Assembly (NCBI GenBank): GCA_041640295.1
Contig: JBEQAR010000001.1
Location: 16,453-80,452 of the forward strand
From: a bacterium
Lineage (GTDB): Bacteria > Patescibacteriota > Minisyncoccia > UBA6257 > HR35
Direction of reading: 5' to 3'
Length of the DNA stretch: 64,000 bases
The notes beneath the pieces were generated by a model, which saw only the letters and a list, made by a program, of their open reading frames with translations, was not told where the DNA came from and did no database searches. The translations under genes were made by a program, and so were the position numbers. Shown piece by piece: positions 20,616 through 31,337 of the stretch (its first letter is position 1; each line of letters begins with the position of its first letter).

Positions 20616-23102
20616 TTAAGATTGAGCAAATGATTTTATTTTTTTCATATTGACTTGATGTTCTTCAGTATTTAACAAACCGCATTTTTTCCACTTTTTT
20701 CCACTACCGCAAGGACAAGGGGAATTTCTATCTATTTTAAATTCTTGTGGTTTAATTTCTAAATTCATTAAATTACTTACCAGGTTAAGATTGATTAGTC
20801 GATAAAAATTATTAAAACTTTGTAAGGCTTCTCTTTTATATTCAACTAAAGGATCTTTTTGAGCATAGCCACGCCAACCAATTGTTTCTTTTAATTCTTC
20901 TAAATAGCTTAAATGTTCTATCCATAAATAATCGAAAGTTTTTAAAATAATAATTCTCAATAATTCATTAAAATTATCAATATTTTCTTTTAAATGATTG
21001 TAATGAAGGTAAAATTTTTCTCTTGCTTTTTCTTTTAAATTTTCCCCATCAATTTTCAAATAAAATTTAATTACCTCATCTTCTTCATTTAAGAATTGAT
21101 TAAAAGCATTATCAACAAATTCTTCTAAATTAATTTCATCTAATAAAATTTTTCTCCTTTCAGCATAAACTTTATCCCTTTGTGAATTGATTACATCATC
21201 GTATTCTAATAAATGTTTCCTTAAATCGAAGTTAAAACCCTCTACTCGACTTTGGGCTTCTTCAATAGCTTTAGAAATTAAATGATGGTCAATAATACCT
21301 TCTTTAATATTAAATTTTTCTAAAATACTTTTTATTCTTTCACCACCAAAAATTTTGATTAATTCATCATCTAAAGCAACAAAAAATTGGCTTTCACCTG
21401 GATCTCCTTGTCTACCAGCTCGACCACGAAGCTGATTATCTATTCTTCTAGCTTCATGTCTTTCAGTACCAATAACAAATAATCCACCTAATTCTCTTAC
21501 CTTATTTGCTTCTTCTAAATCTGGAGGATTACCACCTAAAATAATATCTACACCCCTACCAGCCATATTAGTAGCGACAGTAACCATTTTTAATCTTCCT
21601 GCCTGAGCAATTATTTTTCCTTCCTCTTCGTGATTTTTAGCGTTTAAAACTTGGTGTGGAATATTTTTTTCTTTTAATTTTCTAGATAAAAATTCATTTT
21701 TTTCTATAGAAGTAGTTCCAACTAACACTGGTCTGCCGATTTTATATAGTTCTTCAATTTTATTAACAATTGCTTCCCATTTTTGTTTTTGATTAAAAAA
21801 AACTTTATCAGGGTGGTCGATTCTAATGCAAGGTTTATTAGGTGGAATACTGATTGTTTCTAAACCATAAATTTTATAAAATTCTTCAGCTGAAGTTATA
21901 GCTGTACCAGTCATTCCGCTTAGTTTTTTGTATTTTCTAAAAAAATTTTGAATAGTTATCTGAGCAATTGTTTTTGATTCAGGTTGAATTGGTACTCCCT
22001 CTTTAGCTTCAATCGCTTGATGTAAACCTCCCGACCATCTTCTTCCCCACATTAATCTTCCAGTAAATTCATCAACTATGATTACTTGACCGTCTTTAAC
22101 TATATAATCCTTATCGCGAAAGAAAAGATAATTAGCCCTCAAAGCTTGCTCTAAATGATGAATAGCATGTAAATTTTCTACTTTATAAGGATCATAACCC
22201 AAAATTTTAGCTACTTTTTCTTGCCCTTCTTCAGTTAAATAGATACTTTTTCTTTTTTCATCAATAGTAAAGTCAATTTCTCTATTTAAAGATTTGGCTA
22301 TTTTGTCAAAAACATAATAAACATTATTCGCTTCTTGTTGTAAACCAGAAATAATTAACGGTGTTCTTGCTTCATCAATTAAGATACTATCAACTTCATC
22401 AACAATTGCATAATTAAATCCTCTTTGAACCAAATCAAACTTATTAACTGCTAAATTATCTTTTAAATAATCAAAACCGAATTCATGATTTGTACCATAA
22501 ACAATATCTGCCTGATAAGCTGTTTTTCGGTCAACTGGCCTAAGATAATCATAAAACACAATAAATAAACCCTGACTATCCCTAAATTTATCTTTTTCTT
22601 CATTAACGAAAGATGGATCGTAAAGAAAACTTTGTTCGTGAACAATACAAACTGTAGTAACTCCCAAAAGATAATAAATTTGTCCCATCCAAACAGTATC
22701 TCTTTTAGCTAAATAATCATTAACAGTACAAATATGAACACCATCACCAGTAAGTGAATTCAAGTAGGCTGCTAAGGTTGCTGTTAAGGTTTTACCTTCA
22801 CCAGTCATCATTTCCACCACCATACCTTTATGAAGACCAATACCACCTAAAAGTTGAACATCATAATGCCTTTGATTTAAAGTTCTTTTAGCTGCTTCTC
22901 TCACTAAAGCAAAAGCTTCTGGTAAAATATCATCTAAAGTCTCACCCTTTTTTAAACGTTCTTTAAACTCTTGAGTTTTATTTTTTAAATCATCATCAGT
23001 AAATTTTTCAAAACTACTTTCTAAAGAATTAATTTTTTCTACAACTTTCCACCAATCTTTCAGGTAATCTTTTTTAAATAAATCCAAAAGTTTCTTTAAC
23101 AT
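20616..23102 (-). CDS. secA: Preprotein translocase ATPase SecA
   Basis: The 828-aa product has a DEAD-like motor (MMTGEGKTLTATL and VDEVDSILIDEARTPLIIS) and a C-terminal zinc finger CPCGSGKKWKKCG. Confidence 0.95.
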   Translation of the reverse strand: MLKKLLDLFKKDYLKDWWKVVEKINSLESSFEKFTDDDLKNKTQEFKERLKKGETLDDILPEAFALVREAAKRTLNQRHYDVQLLGGIGLHKGMVVEMMTGEGKTLTATLAAYLNSLTGDGVHICTVNDYLAKRDTVWMGQIYYLLGVTTVCIVHEQSFLYDPSFVNEEKDKFRDSQGLFIVFYDYLRPVDRKTAYQADIVYGTNHEFGFDYLKDNLAVNKFDLVQRGFNYAIVDEVDSILIDEARTPLIISGLQQEANNVYYVFDKIAKSLNREIDFTIDEKRKSIYLTEEGQEKVAKILGYDPYKVENLHAIHHLEQALRANYLFFRDKDYIVKDGQVIIVDEFTGRLMWGRRWSGGLHQAIEAKEGVPIQPESKTIAQITIQNFFRKYKKLSGMTGTAITSAEEFYKIYGLETISIPPNKPCIRIDHPDKVFFNQKQKWEAIVNKIEELYKIGRPVLVGTTSIEKNEFLSRKLKEKNIPHQVLNAKNHEEEGKIIAQAGRLKMVTVATNMAGRGVDIILGGNPPDLEEANKVRELGGLFVIGTERHEARRIDNQLRGRAGRQGDPGESQFFVALDDELIKIFGGERIKSILEKFNIKEGIIDHHLISKAIEEAQSRVEGFNFDLRKHLLEYDDVINSQRDKVYAERRKILLDEINLEEFVDNAFNQFLNEEDEVIKFYLKIDGENLKEKAREKFYLHYNHLKENIDNFNELLRIIILKTFDYLWIEHLSYLEELKETIGWRGYAQKDPLVEYKREALQSFNNFYRLINLNLVSNLMNLEIKPQEFKIDRNSPCPCGSGKKWKKCGLLNTEEHQVNMKKIKSFAQS

Positions 23103-23143
23103 TATCTTTAAATTATAACATTGTTAAATAGCTTAGTGAAAAT

Positions 23144-24514
23144 TTAATGCAATTCAATTTCTTCAATTGTTTGTTCAGTGCTATAAAATGAAGTAGTTTC
23201 AGGATCAAAATAAAGAGTAACAACGCCTAATGGACCATTTCTTTGTTTAGCAATAATAATATCAGTTTGATTAGAAGGTACTACCTGACCACTTTCTTTG
23301 GGTCGATGAATGAATAGTACCACATCAGCATCCTGTTCAATTGAACCAGAATCCCTTAAATCAGAAAGTTTGGGTACTTGTGAAATTCTCTGCTCTGGTG
23401 CTCGAGAAAGCTGAGATAAAGCTAAAATAGGAACATTTAATTCACGGGCTAATTCTTTTAAATTTCTTGAAATTTCTGTAATCTCTTGTACTCGACTATC
23501 ATAATATTTATTAGCTCTTAAAAGTTGCAAATAATCAATAATTATTAAACCAATTTCTTTTACTTGATGTTTTAATTTTCTTGACATTGTTCTTATTTGT
23601 AATGTATTTAGATTAGGACTATCATCAATATATATAGGAGCTTGATTTAATTTATCCAAAGCATCAGAAATTAAGGCTAATTCATTAATTTCACCTTCAT
23701 AGAACAATTTACCCGTTCTTAATCGCCATAAACTAACGCCTGCTTCACTGGCTAATAGACGATCAATAATTTGATCTCGAGACATCTCTAAACTAAAAAT
23801 AGCTACTGGTTTATTTTCATTAATAGCGATATGACGCGCAAAAGTTAATGCTAATGAAGTTTTACCTAAAGATGGTCTTGAAGCTAAAATAATTAAATCA
23901 GAATTTTGTAAACCACCTAAATATTCATCTAACAAAGGAAAGCCAGTACTAACTCCTCTTAATTTTTTCTGTTGATTGTGTAATTCTTCAATTCTTTGAT
24001 AGGCAGATTCTAAAAATTGTGAAATATGAGAAAATTCCTTAGGATAAACTCTTTCAGCTACCTTAAATATCTTGACTTCAATTTCATCAATTAATTCTTC
24101 TGAATTCTTTTCTTCTTCATAAGCAATGCTTTGAATTTCGTAAGCAGTTTGAATTAAATCTCTTCTAGCTTTTTTATCGCGAATTATTTTAGCGTAATTA
24201 ATAATATTAGAAATAGTAGGAGTTTTACTGATTAATTCAAAAATATAACCTGCACCACCAATATTTTCTAACTCACCTAATTCTCGCAAGCGATTAGTAA
24301 CGGTAATAACATCAATAGATTCTCTGCGTTCAAATAGATACAACATAGCAGAATAAATTATTTGATGAGCAGGTTTATAAAAATCATCAGGCTTTAAAAT
24401 ATCAACAACTTTATAAATAGCTTCCGGATCTATCAAGATAGCTCCCAATAAAGCAATTTCTGCTTCTTGGTTGTTTGGTAAGGATTTAAAAATTTCTTCT
24501 GGCATCCTTACCAA
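23144..24514 (-). CDS. dnaB: Replicative DNA helicase DnaB
   Basis: The protein has an N-terminal DnaB domain and a RecA-like C-domain with Walker A SRPSLGKTSLAL and the DnaB motifs H1-H4. Confidence 0.95.
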   Translation of the reverse strand: MVRMPEEIFKSLPNNQEAEIALLGAILIDPEAIYKVVDILKPDDFYKPAHQIIYSAMLYLFERRESIDVITVTNRLRELGELENIGGAGYIFELISKTPTISNIINYAKIIRDKKARRDLIQTAYEIQSIAYEEEKNSEELIDEIEVKIFKVAERVYPKEFSHISQFLESAYQRIEELHNQQKKLRGVSTGFPLLDEYLGGLQNSDLIILASRPSLGKTSLALTFARHIAINENKPVAIFSLEMSRDQIIDRLLASEAGVSLWRLRTGKLFYEGEINELALISDALDKLNQAPIYIDDSPNLNTLQIRTMSRKLKHQVKEIGLIIIDYLQLLRANKYYDSRVQEITEISRNLKELARELNVPILALSQLSRAPEQRISQVPKLSDLRDSGSIEQDADVVLFIHRPKESGQVVPSNQTDIIIAKQRNGPLGVVTLYFDPETTSFYSTEQTIEEIELH

Positions 24515-24730
24515 TATTTTTTAAATCAAAAAATTTTTTTGTCAAATTTTTAGAAATGAGGATAAAAAGTGGATATTTTTATTTTTTAAAAAAATTTTTT
24601 AATTTATTCGGGTGCTATAATAAGATTTATTTTAATACGATTTTTAATAAGATGAAATTATTTAAATTTAAACTCATAAGATGATTTGTATGTAAGCTTT
24701 AAATTAGTATATTTTTATAATTTTGAAATA

Positions 24731-27349
24731 TTATCTTGTTGTAGAATTTTGGGTTGCGGATAATATCTTGATTTCTATTTCATTACTTTTTCTTCCATCA
24801 TCACTTAAAAGGAGTAATTTATATTCGCCTGGTAAAATTATAGTTAATGCAAAGCAGATAGAGTCAGATGGATTAAAAGAATAACATCTAGCAACTGATC
24901 GAGGAAATGAAGATATTTCTATAGTATTATTATCTATAACTTTGAAATTATCTATATAACCACTATAAACACTAATAGTATCCGGTGAATTAGAATATTT
25001 TCCTTTTACCTCTATAACTAATCTATTAGCTGTTTTGAAATTTTCTCCTTTAATTATTACCTTATCACCAGGAAGAATTGCTTGTGGGTCTATAGAAAAT
25101 ATCTTTAATTCTTTAACATTATACATCAAATCGGGTTTAAGATCCCCTCTTTTACCAAAATTATTTAAGACAATCCTAAGATCTTTATCATCAATTTTAT
25201 TATCTAAGTTTAAATCATATCTTATCCCATTTTCTTTTAGAACATCTTGACCAAAATTAAAGGTAATATTCAAAATATCGCTATCATTAATAACATCATC
25301 ATTATTAGTATCACCATTAGTGAGATATATTTTATCAGTATAATTAAGAGAAATAATTTTCCTAAAATGACTTAAAAAATGAGGAAATTGAAAACTAACT
25401 GCAGGATCAGAGCATTTAGGAATCTCTATTGAGCCCTCATAACTACGATTAGCTAAATTAACATTAATTCTTTTTTGATTATAAATAGTATTTCCACAAT
25501 AAGTAGTAATAGTTCCTTCAGTAATTACATTTTTAGCAGTATCAGCTATATCATTAAAGTAAAGAACAAAATTATAATTTTCAAAAGTTCCTACTTCGTC
25601 ATCATAAATTTCAAATTCAACTCTATTACTTTCTTTATTATAAGCATTAATTACAAAGATTTCATATTTTCCTACAAATTGTTCTTTAAACCATTTATAT
25701 CTACTAGTTTCATCAAAGAAAGCTTGTGGTTCACCTTGTGTAAGAAGACAAATTATTGGGTTATTAATATCATAATCAGTAATACTACAACTAGTCATAT
25801 TAAGAGCATTCAAAGCTGTAACATAGATTTTATCATAAACACCTATAAGATCATTGATTGGCGGTGTTTTGCCAGTGCTAGCTATAAAATCAAAAGTTCT
25901 TTGATTATCTTTTTTAACAAACCTTAATATATTTTGTTGCGTAAAACCAGTACCTTCTAATGTTAAACTTGTTATAGGCATATTACCCATAAAGCTTTTT
26001 AGTGATATTCTTTTAGGATAATAATTATCTATTCTAGGTATAATATTTAAATCTTCCTGACATTCTTCATATTCTTTGTTTACCATTATTTGAATTATTT
26101 TTAATGTTTCACCAGAAACTATACCATTAGCTGGTAATTGATAAAATCTTTGAAATTTTTTAACTGCTCCCTCGGTTAATCTTCCAAAATAACCAGTTAT
26201 TAACCTCTCGGGATAAAATCCTTTATTAGTTAAAATTAATTGAAAAAGATAAACTTCATTTCTACGATCACCTCTTTTCATTTCTGGTAAATCACAAGAT
26301 ACTTCAGGACTACCAGGTAATTCATCAAGAATTATTGTTCTTTTAGATTTTGGAGTTTCTTTATTAACAATCTTAAAATAAGCTGAATCAAAATAACCAC
26401 CTATAAAATAATTATTCTCTAAAGTTGGCTTATAATGTCTAATATCTAAATCATAATATTTTTCAAGTAAATATAAAGGGAAAACTGAAAACCTGATTCG
26501 GTAATTACCATTTTGAATATATTCAGGTATAGTCCAATCATAAGATCGTTTAAAAATCGGAACTTTGGCAATATGAGTTACATACCCTCTATCAGAAACT
26601 AAATCAAGAGAAAGGGTTTGAATAGGAAGATAAAAATAAGTTTGATTTTCTGTAGGAAAAACTGAATATTGATCAGAACCACCTCCTTGAGGAATATAAT
26701 TTTGAGATGATGTGCTTGAAATCTGATGACGAGGTGCTTCTAAAATACTACTAGTTGATTCGCTTTCAACTTGAGGATTTCTACCAGACATTGGTTGAGC
26801 TACATATTCCCATTCAATAGTGTAAGTTTGACCGACATACCAAGTATCATTAGCTTTAGGAGAAAGTACAGTTAAAGAAAAATTATTTCTCGGCGAATAC
26901 AATAAATCAGTTTCTTGTGGTCCTACTGTTGTTTCCGCTCTTTCTGGTAATTTTGATCCTCCCGCTGATGTTTCTGCTGGTGTTCTTAATTCTCTTCCTT
27001 TTGTTTCTTGAGTAAATAGAGGAGAAAGAAGACTTAAGATCACCTCAATAGTTTTTTTATCTAATTTTCCAGTTGTAGGTAAATCAAATCTTTTTTGAAA
27101 TTCTTTTAAGGCTTGAACTGTTTGATTATCAATTTGACCTGTAATTTTTAAATCTTTCTTATTCAAAGTTTCTCTTAATAATTCTTGAACAAAACGAATG
27201 TCATTAACAGTTGGTTGCTTTTCTAATTTTAATTTTAATTGATTAACATCGGTAATTTTTTTGGTTGGCGTTGAAGTTTGCGCAAAACTTAAATTAAAAA
27301 CTATAATAGAGATCAATAAAAATATATAAATCTTAATAAAACTTTTCAT
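24731..27349 (-). CDS. Large secreted protein with two peptidoglycan-binding (PG_binding_1-like) domains and a dockerin-type calcium-binding repeat pair
   Basis: The 872-aa product has a signal peptide (SFA-QT). PGBD-like segments are VNDIRFVQELL...ALKEFQKRFDLPTTGKLD and VYLFQLILTNKGFYP...VKKFQRFYQLPANGIV. Dockerin-like repeats are GDTNNDDVINDSDILNITFNFG and DLNLDNKIDDKDLRIVLNNFG. Confidence 0.55.
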   Translation of the reverse strand: MKSFIKIYIFLLISIIVFNLSFAQTSTPTKKITDVNQLKLKLEKQPTVNDIRFVQELLRETLNKKDLKITGQIDNQTVQALKEFQKRFDLPTTGKLDKKTIEVILSLLSPLFTQETKGRELRTPAETSAGGSKLPERAETTVGPQETDLLYSPRNNFSLTVLSPKANDTWYVGQTYTIEWEYVAQPMSGRNPQVESESTSSILEAPRHQISSTSSQNYIPQGGGSDQYSVFPTENQTYFYLPIQTLSLDLVSDRGYVTHIAKVPIFKRSYDWTIPEYIQNGNYRIRFSVFPLYLLEKYYDLDIRHYKPTLENNYFIGGYFDSAYFKIVNKETPKSKRTIILDELPGSPEVSCDLPEMKRGDRRNEVYLFQLILTNKGFYPERLITGYFGRLTEGAVKKFQRFYQLPANGIVSGETLKIIQIMVNKEYEECQEDLNIIPRIDNYYPKRISLKSFMGNMPITSLTLEGTGFTQQNILRFVKKDNQRTFDFIASTGKTPPINDLIGVYDKIYVTALNALNMTSCSITDYDINNPIICLLTQGEPQAFFDETSRYKWFKEQFVGKYEIFVINAYNKESNRVEFEIYDDEVGTFENYNFVLYFNDIADTAKNVITEGTITTYCGNTIYNQKRINVNLANRSYEGSIEIPKCSDPAVSFQFPHFLSHFRKIISLNYTDKIYLTNGDTNNDDVINDSDILNITFNFGQDVLKENGIRYDLNLDNKIDDKDLRIVLNNFGKRGDLKPDLMYNVKELKIFSIDPQAILPGDKVIIKGENFKTANRLVIEVKGKYSNSPDTISVYSGYIDNFKVIDNNTIEISSFPRSVARCYSFNPSDSICFALTIILPGEYKLLLLSDDGRKSNEIEIKILSATQNSTTR

Positions 27350-27566
27350 AGTTATTTAAAAATTTAATTTAATTCCCGACTTTCTTAAATTATATTACTA
27401 TAAAAATCCGATGTCAAATTTTATTATATAGTTATTGCCATTATAAAGAATTTACAAAAAGGGTGGATAAATTTGTATAAATTTTAATGGGTTTTTATTA
27501 TATTATTAGAATTATAAACTTCGCAAGTAGATGGGATTGAGAGAGGTAGCTTAATATTATTGGATT

Positions 27567-27637
27567 TACCCGTGGAGGGAATTGAACCCCCATCTCCTCC
27601 TTAGGACGGAGGCGCTTTTCCATTAAGCTACACGGGC
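27567..27637 (-). tRNA. tRNA-Arg (anticodon CCT)
   Basis: The reverse complement gives GCCCGTGTAGCTTAATGG...CCTCC-GTCCTAA-GGAGG...GGGGGTTCAATTCCCTCCACGGGTA. The acceptor, anticodon and T arms are intact. Confidence 0.8.
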
Positions 27638-27648
27638 TAATTAAAAAA

Positions 27649-28932
27649 TTATATAGTATATTGTCTACTACCAACCTCGGATTCAATCTTCTTTATAGTT
27701 TCAATCGCTACTGAGACGACAATTAAAATTGATGTTCCACCAATACCAACAAATGATAAACCTGTTACTACTTGAGTAATATAAGGTAAAATTGCAATTA
27801 AACCTAAAAATATTCCACCGAAAAGATTTATACGATTAACTATATTTTTAAAATACTGAGCTGTTTCTTTACCTGGACGAATGCCTGGAATAAAAGCACC
27901 TGAGCGTTGAAAATTTAAAGCTAATTCATTTGGTTCAAAAGTAATTGAGGTATAAAAATAAGTAAAACCAAAAACTAAAATAAAATACAATAAACTAAAA
28001 ATTAATTGGTTTTGGAAGAAACGATTGATGTCTTGAGCCAAAGTAGAAAAAAAAGTTATCCCAGCAGCAGATAAAAATTGAAAAAGTGTCTGGGGAAAAA
28101 GTAAAACAGAAATAGCAAAAATAATCGGAATAACTCCAGCTTGATTTATTTTAATAGGTAAATAAGTAGAAACACCGCCATATAGTTTTGTTCCTCTAAC
28201 TCGTTTAGAAAAATTAAGAGGAATTCTTCTTTCAGCTTCATTAATATAAGCAATACTGGCAGTAATAAAAAGAGAAATGAAAATTAAAATAAGATAGTTA
28301 TTAAGTTTATCAAAACTGAAATTGATTATTGCTTGTTGAAAAAATTGCGGACCTTGAGCAACAATACCAGAAAATATTAAAAGAGAAATTCCGTTAGCTA
28401 ATTTTTGTTCAGTAATTAATTCACCTAACCACATCAAAAATATAGTACCAGTAGTTACCAAAATAACATCCCTAAAAATATCGAAATACGAAGAAAAAAT
28501 AATTAAATTTTGAGCTTCAAGAAATTTCAAAAAACCAAAAGATTGAATAACTGCTAAAGGAATAGTAATAATTCTGGCATATTGATTAAATTTCGCTCGG
28601 CCAGCTTCACCTTCTTCATAATACATTTCTTTTAATTTCGGATAAACTAAAGTTAATAATTGCATAATTATAATAGCAGTAATATAAGGACCTAAACCTA
28701 AAAGTGCAATTGAAAAGTTAGCTAAAGTATTACCAGTAAAAACATTTAATAAACCAAGAAATTGATTAGCTTGAAGTAAATTTTTAACTCTCTCTAAATC
28801 AACTCCGGGAAGAGGAATATTGGCAGTGATTCTAAAAATAAACAAAAATAAAATTATTAGTAAAACTCTTTTTTTTAAATCTCTATCTTTAAATAAACCG
28901 GCTAAATTTTTAAAGAAATCTATTTTAATCAT
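27649..28932 (-). CDS. secY: Preprotein translocase subunit SecY
   Basis: The 427-aa product has 10 TM segments and a SecY-like N-terminus. It sits at the end of the spc-type ribosomal cluster, directly after rplO. Confidence 0.95.
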   Translation of the reverse strand: MIKIDFFKNLAGLFKDRDLKKRVLLIILFLFIFRITANIPLPGVDLERVKNLLQANQFLGLLNVFTGNTLANFSIALLGLGPYITAIIIMQLLTLVYPKLKEMYYEEGEAGRAKFNQYARIITIPLAVIQSFGFLKFLEAQNLIIFSSYFDIFRDVILVTTGTIFLMWLGELITEQKLANGISLLIFSGIVAQGPQFFQQAIINFSFDKLNNYLILIFISLFITASIAYINEAERRIPLNFSKRVRGTKLYGGVSTYLPIKINQAGVIPIIFAISVLLFPQTLFQFLSAAGITFFSTLAQDINRFFQNQLIFSLLYFILVFGFTYFYTSITFEPNELALNFQRSGAFIPGIRPGKETAQYFKNIVNRINLFGGIFLGLIAILPYITQVVTGLSFVGIGGTSILIVVSVAIETIKKIESEVGSRQYTI

Positions 28933-29359
28933 TTATTATCTCTGAACCGCTTTGTTTAATTTTCTCCAAAGCAGATTGACTAAATAAAAATTTATTTGAG
29001 AAAAATAATTTTTTATCTAAACTTCCGTTACCAAGAATTTTGATTTTAATTTTTTTACTTTTAGGAAGTTTAACAATTCTTTTTTCTTTTAAATATTGAT
29101 AATCTACTTTTTCGCCATTAGTGAATTTTTTATTAATTATATCTAAATTAACAACTATTGGTTTTTCTTTTAATGATTTAAATTTTATTCCTCTTAATTT
29201 AGGGAACTTTAAAATAATATCTCTTTCTGCTGGTCTAATTTTTCTACCTGCTCGAGATTTTTGTCCTTTCATTCCTCGACCAGAATAATTACCTTTCTTA
29301 CCACCACGGCCAATTCTTTTTTTCTTTTTTAATTTAAAATTAATTTGATTGATTAACAT
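28925..29359 (-). CDS. rplO: 50S ribosomal protein L15
   Basis: The N-terminus is Gly/Arg/Lys-rich (RIGRGGKKGNYSGRGMKGQKSRAGR). The gene lies between rpsE and secY. Confidence 0.85.
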   Translation of the reverse strand: MLINQINFKLKKKKRIGRGGKKGNYSGRGMKGQKSRAGRKIRPAERDIILKFPKLRGIKFKSLKEKPIVVNLDIINKKFTNGEKVDYQYLKEKRIVKLPKSKKIKIKILGNGSLDKKLFFSNKFLFSQSALEKIKQSGSEIIND

Positions 29360-29810
29360 TTTGGTAATATTTAGATAATTTTTTTAACGCCTCTAAAGCG
29401 GCTAAAGCATTAGTTAATGGATTTTTTGTTACGCCAATAATTTTTGAAACTACATCTTTAATCCCTGCTAATTCCAAAACCAACCTTACTGAACTCCCAG
29501 CAATTATTCCTTTACCTTTTTTAGCAGGCTTAATTAGAACTTTGGCTGCACTTACCTTACCTTGAACTTCGTAAGGGATGGTATTTTCAACTATCGGTAC
29601 ATAAACAGAATTTTTAATAGCACTATTAAGGGCTTTATTAACTGCTTGGGAAACATCATCTCCTTTATCAATACCAATGCCTACCTTGCCTTGTTTGTTA
29701 CCAGCAATCACTACAGCTCTAATTTTAAATCTTTTTCCACCTTTGGTTACTTTAGTAACTCTTTTAATTTCTATTACTCGGTATTCCCAATTAGTCTTTT
29801 TATCAATCAT
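29340..29810 (-). CDS. rpsE: 30S ribosomal protein S5
   Basis: An S5 dsRBD and C-domain are present (VTKVTKGGKRFKIRAVVIAGN and GKGIIAGSSVR). The operon position agrees. Confidence 0.9.
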   Translation of the reverse strand: MIDKKTNWEYRVIEIKRVTKVTKGGKRFKIRAVVIAGNKQGKVGIGIDKGDDVSQAVNKALNSAIKNSVYVPIVENTIPYEVQGKVSAAKVLIKPAKKGKGIIAGSSVRLVLELAGIKDVVSKIIGVTKNPLTNALAALEALKKLSKYYQNVNQSN

Positions 29811-29813
29811 TGA

Positions 29814-30188
29814 TTAAAATTCTAATCCTTTTTCTCTTAAGGTTTCTGCTAAAATTTTTATTCGACCATGATATTGATAACCACTTCTATCAAAAACTAT
29901 TTTTTTTATTCCTAATTTCAAAGCTCTTTCAGCTAAGATTTCTGCTACTCTTTTTGCTTTTTCTTTACCAGATAATTTTTCGTTTCTAAATTCTAAGCTT
30001 GATGCTGAAGTTAATGTTCTTCCTTGTTCGTCGTCTATTAATTGAATGTAGATATGTTGATTTGATCTAAAAACAGAAGCTCTGGGCCTTTCTTTATTCC
30101 CTTTTATTTTTTTTCTTATCCTTAAGTGTCTAATTAATCTTCGATCTTCTCTATTTAAATTTTTTTTCTTGAAAATTATTGTTTTCAT
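29814..30188 (-). CDS. rplR: 50S ribosomal protein L18
   Basis: L18 pattern: [36 protein letters not shown] ... [23 protein letters not shown]. Confidence 0.9.
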   Translation of the reverse strand: MKTIIFKKKNLNREDRRLIRHLRIRKKIKGNKERPRASVFRSNQHIYIQLIDDEQGRTLTSASSLEFRNEKLSGKEKAKRVAEILAERALKLGIKKIVFDRSGYQYHGRIKILAETLREKGLEF

Positions 30189-30194
30189 TTTATT

Positions 30195-30767
30195 TTATTT
30201 ACCAACAGCTCTTTTAACTGGTTTTACTTTGACCTTTTCATCTAAGTATCTGAAACCTTTTAATTTATAAATATTTCTTGGCTTAATTTTCCTAACAAAA
30301 GAAGCAAATTGACCAACTTTTTCTTTATCATTCCCACTAATAATAATATGAAATTGACCTTTTAATGGTTTAATTTCAACTTTGATATTATCTGGAATTT
30401 TAATTTTTACTGGATGGGAATATCCTAACTTGAAAACTAATTCTTTTTCTGGAGTAATTTCAACATTATAACCTAATCCTTCTAAAATAAGCGTTTTAGT
30501 AAAACCAGAAGAAACACCAATCAATCTATTATTAATTAATGACCATAAAGTACCCCAAAGCATTCTAGTTTTTTTATTAATAATCTTTGGTTTAACTCTT
30601 AAGAATTTATCTTCTTGTATTATTTCAAAATCAGGAAATAATTTCAATTCACTTTCTCCTAAAGGACCTTTAAAAAATAACACATCATCTTTAATATTCA
30701 ATTCTACTTTGTCTGGAATAATTATTGGTTTTTTCCCTAATCTAGACATTTTTAAAGAACTTCGCAA
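30195..30767 (-). CDS. rplF: 50S ribosomal protein L6
   Basis: MSRLGKKPIIIPDKVELNIKDDVLFFKGPLGE is a canonical L6 N-terminus. Confidence 0.9.
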   Translation of the reverse strand: MRSSLKMSRLGKKPIIIPDKVELNIKDDVLFFKGPLGESELKLFPDFEIIQEDKFLRVKPKIINKKTRMLWGTLWSLINNRLIGVSSGFTKTLILEGLGYNVEITPEKELVFKLGYSHPVKIKIPDNIKVEIKPLKGQFHIIISGNDKEKVGQFASFVRKIKPRNIYKLKGFRYLDEKVKVKPVKRAVGK

Positions 30768-31156
30768 ATTATTTCACCGCCTAATTTTCTTTTTTTCGCC
30801 TCTGAATCTAACATTACCCCTCGTGAGGTTGAAATAATTCTAAAACCAAAATTTGAACGGACAGGTTTTAAATCACGATAACCAGCATAAACTCTTCTAC
30901 CAGGCTTTGAAATTCTTCTTAAATCTTCATATGGCGGTTGTTTGTTAATATAGTTAAGGTAAATAATTAAAAATTTTTTCTTATTTTCTTCTTTCAATCT
31001 AATAGATCTTACTATGTTTTTTTCTTTAAAAATCTTCAAAATAGCAATTTTCATATTTGAATAAGGAACAACAATTTTTTCCTTGCCTACTTTCCAGGCG
31101 TTCTTAATTTGAGCTAATAAATCAGCGATAGGATCAGTTACTGTCATTTTTACCAA
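30752..31156 (-). CDS. rpsH: 30S ribosomal protein S8
   Basis: [15 protein letters not shown] ... GGEIICEV is canonical S8. Confidence 0.9.
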   Translation of the reverse strand: MVKMTVTDPIADLLAQIKNAWKVGKEKIVVPYSNMKIAILKIFKEKNIVRSIRLKEENKKKFLIIYLNYINKQPPYEDLRRISKPGRRVYAGYRDLKPVRSNFGFRIISTSRGVMLDSEAKKRKLGGEIICEVL

Positions 31157-31335
31157 GAAGATTTTTTAATACCGGGAATCTCACCTCTATGGGCTAATTC
31201 CCTAAAACAAATTCGACAAAGTCCAAAATCTCTTAAATAACCTTTTGCTCGACCACAACGAAAGCAATTATTAACTTGTCTTGTTTTAAATTTTGGTGGC
31301 TTACGCCATCTTGCTATTTGTGATTTTTTGGGCAT
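31150..31335 (-). CDS. rpsZ: 30S ribosomal protein S14, zinc-binding type Z (61 aa)
   Basis: [38 protein letters not shown] is the S14 type-Z C4 zinc form. Confidence 0.9.
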   Translation of the reverse strand: MPKKSQIARWRKPPKFKTRQVNNCFRCGRAKGYLRDFGLCRICFRELAHRGEIPGIKKSSW

Positions 31336-31337
31336 TT

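Noticed and set aside
24515-24730. Possible oriC near dnaB, with a DnaA-box-like GTGGATA at about 24569 and GGTGGATAA at about 27463
   Set aside because: There are only single, imperfect DnaA-box matches, with no clustered boxes or AT-rich DUE pattern. The evidence is insufficient.
25035-25927. Plus-strand ORFs (71 and 150 aa) inside the 872-aa secreted-protein gene
   Set aside because: They are low-complexity I/S/N-rich shadow ORFs of the AT-rich antisense strand.
27498-27686. Minus-strand ORF of 62 aa
   Set aside because: It overlaps tRNA-Arg (27567..27637) and the end of secY. It is spurious.
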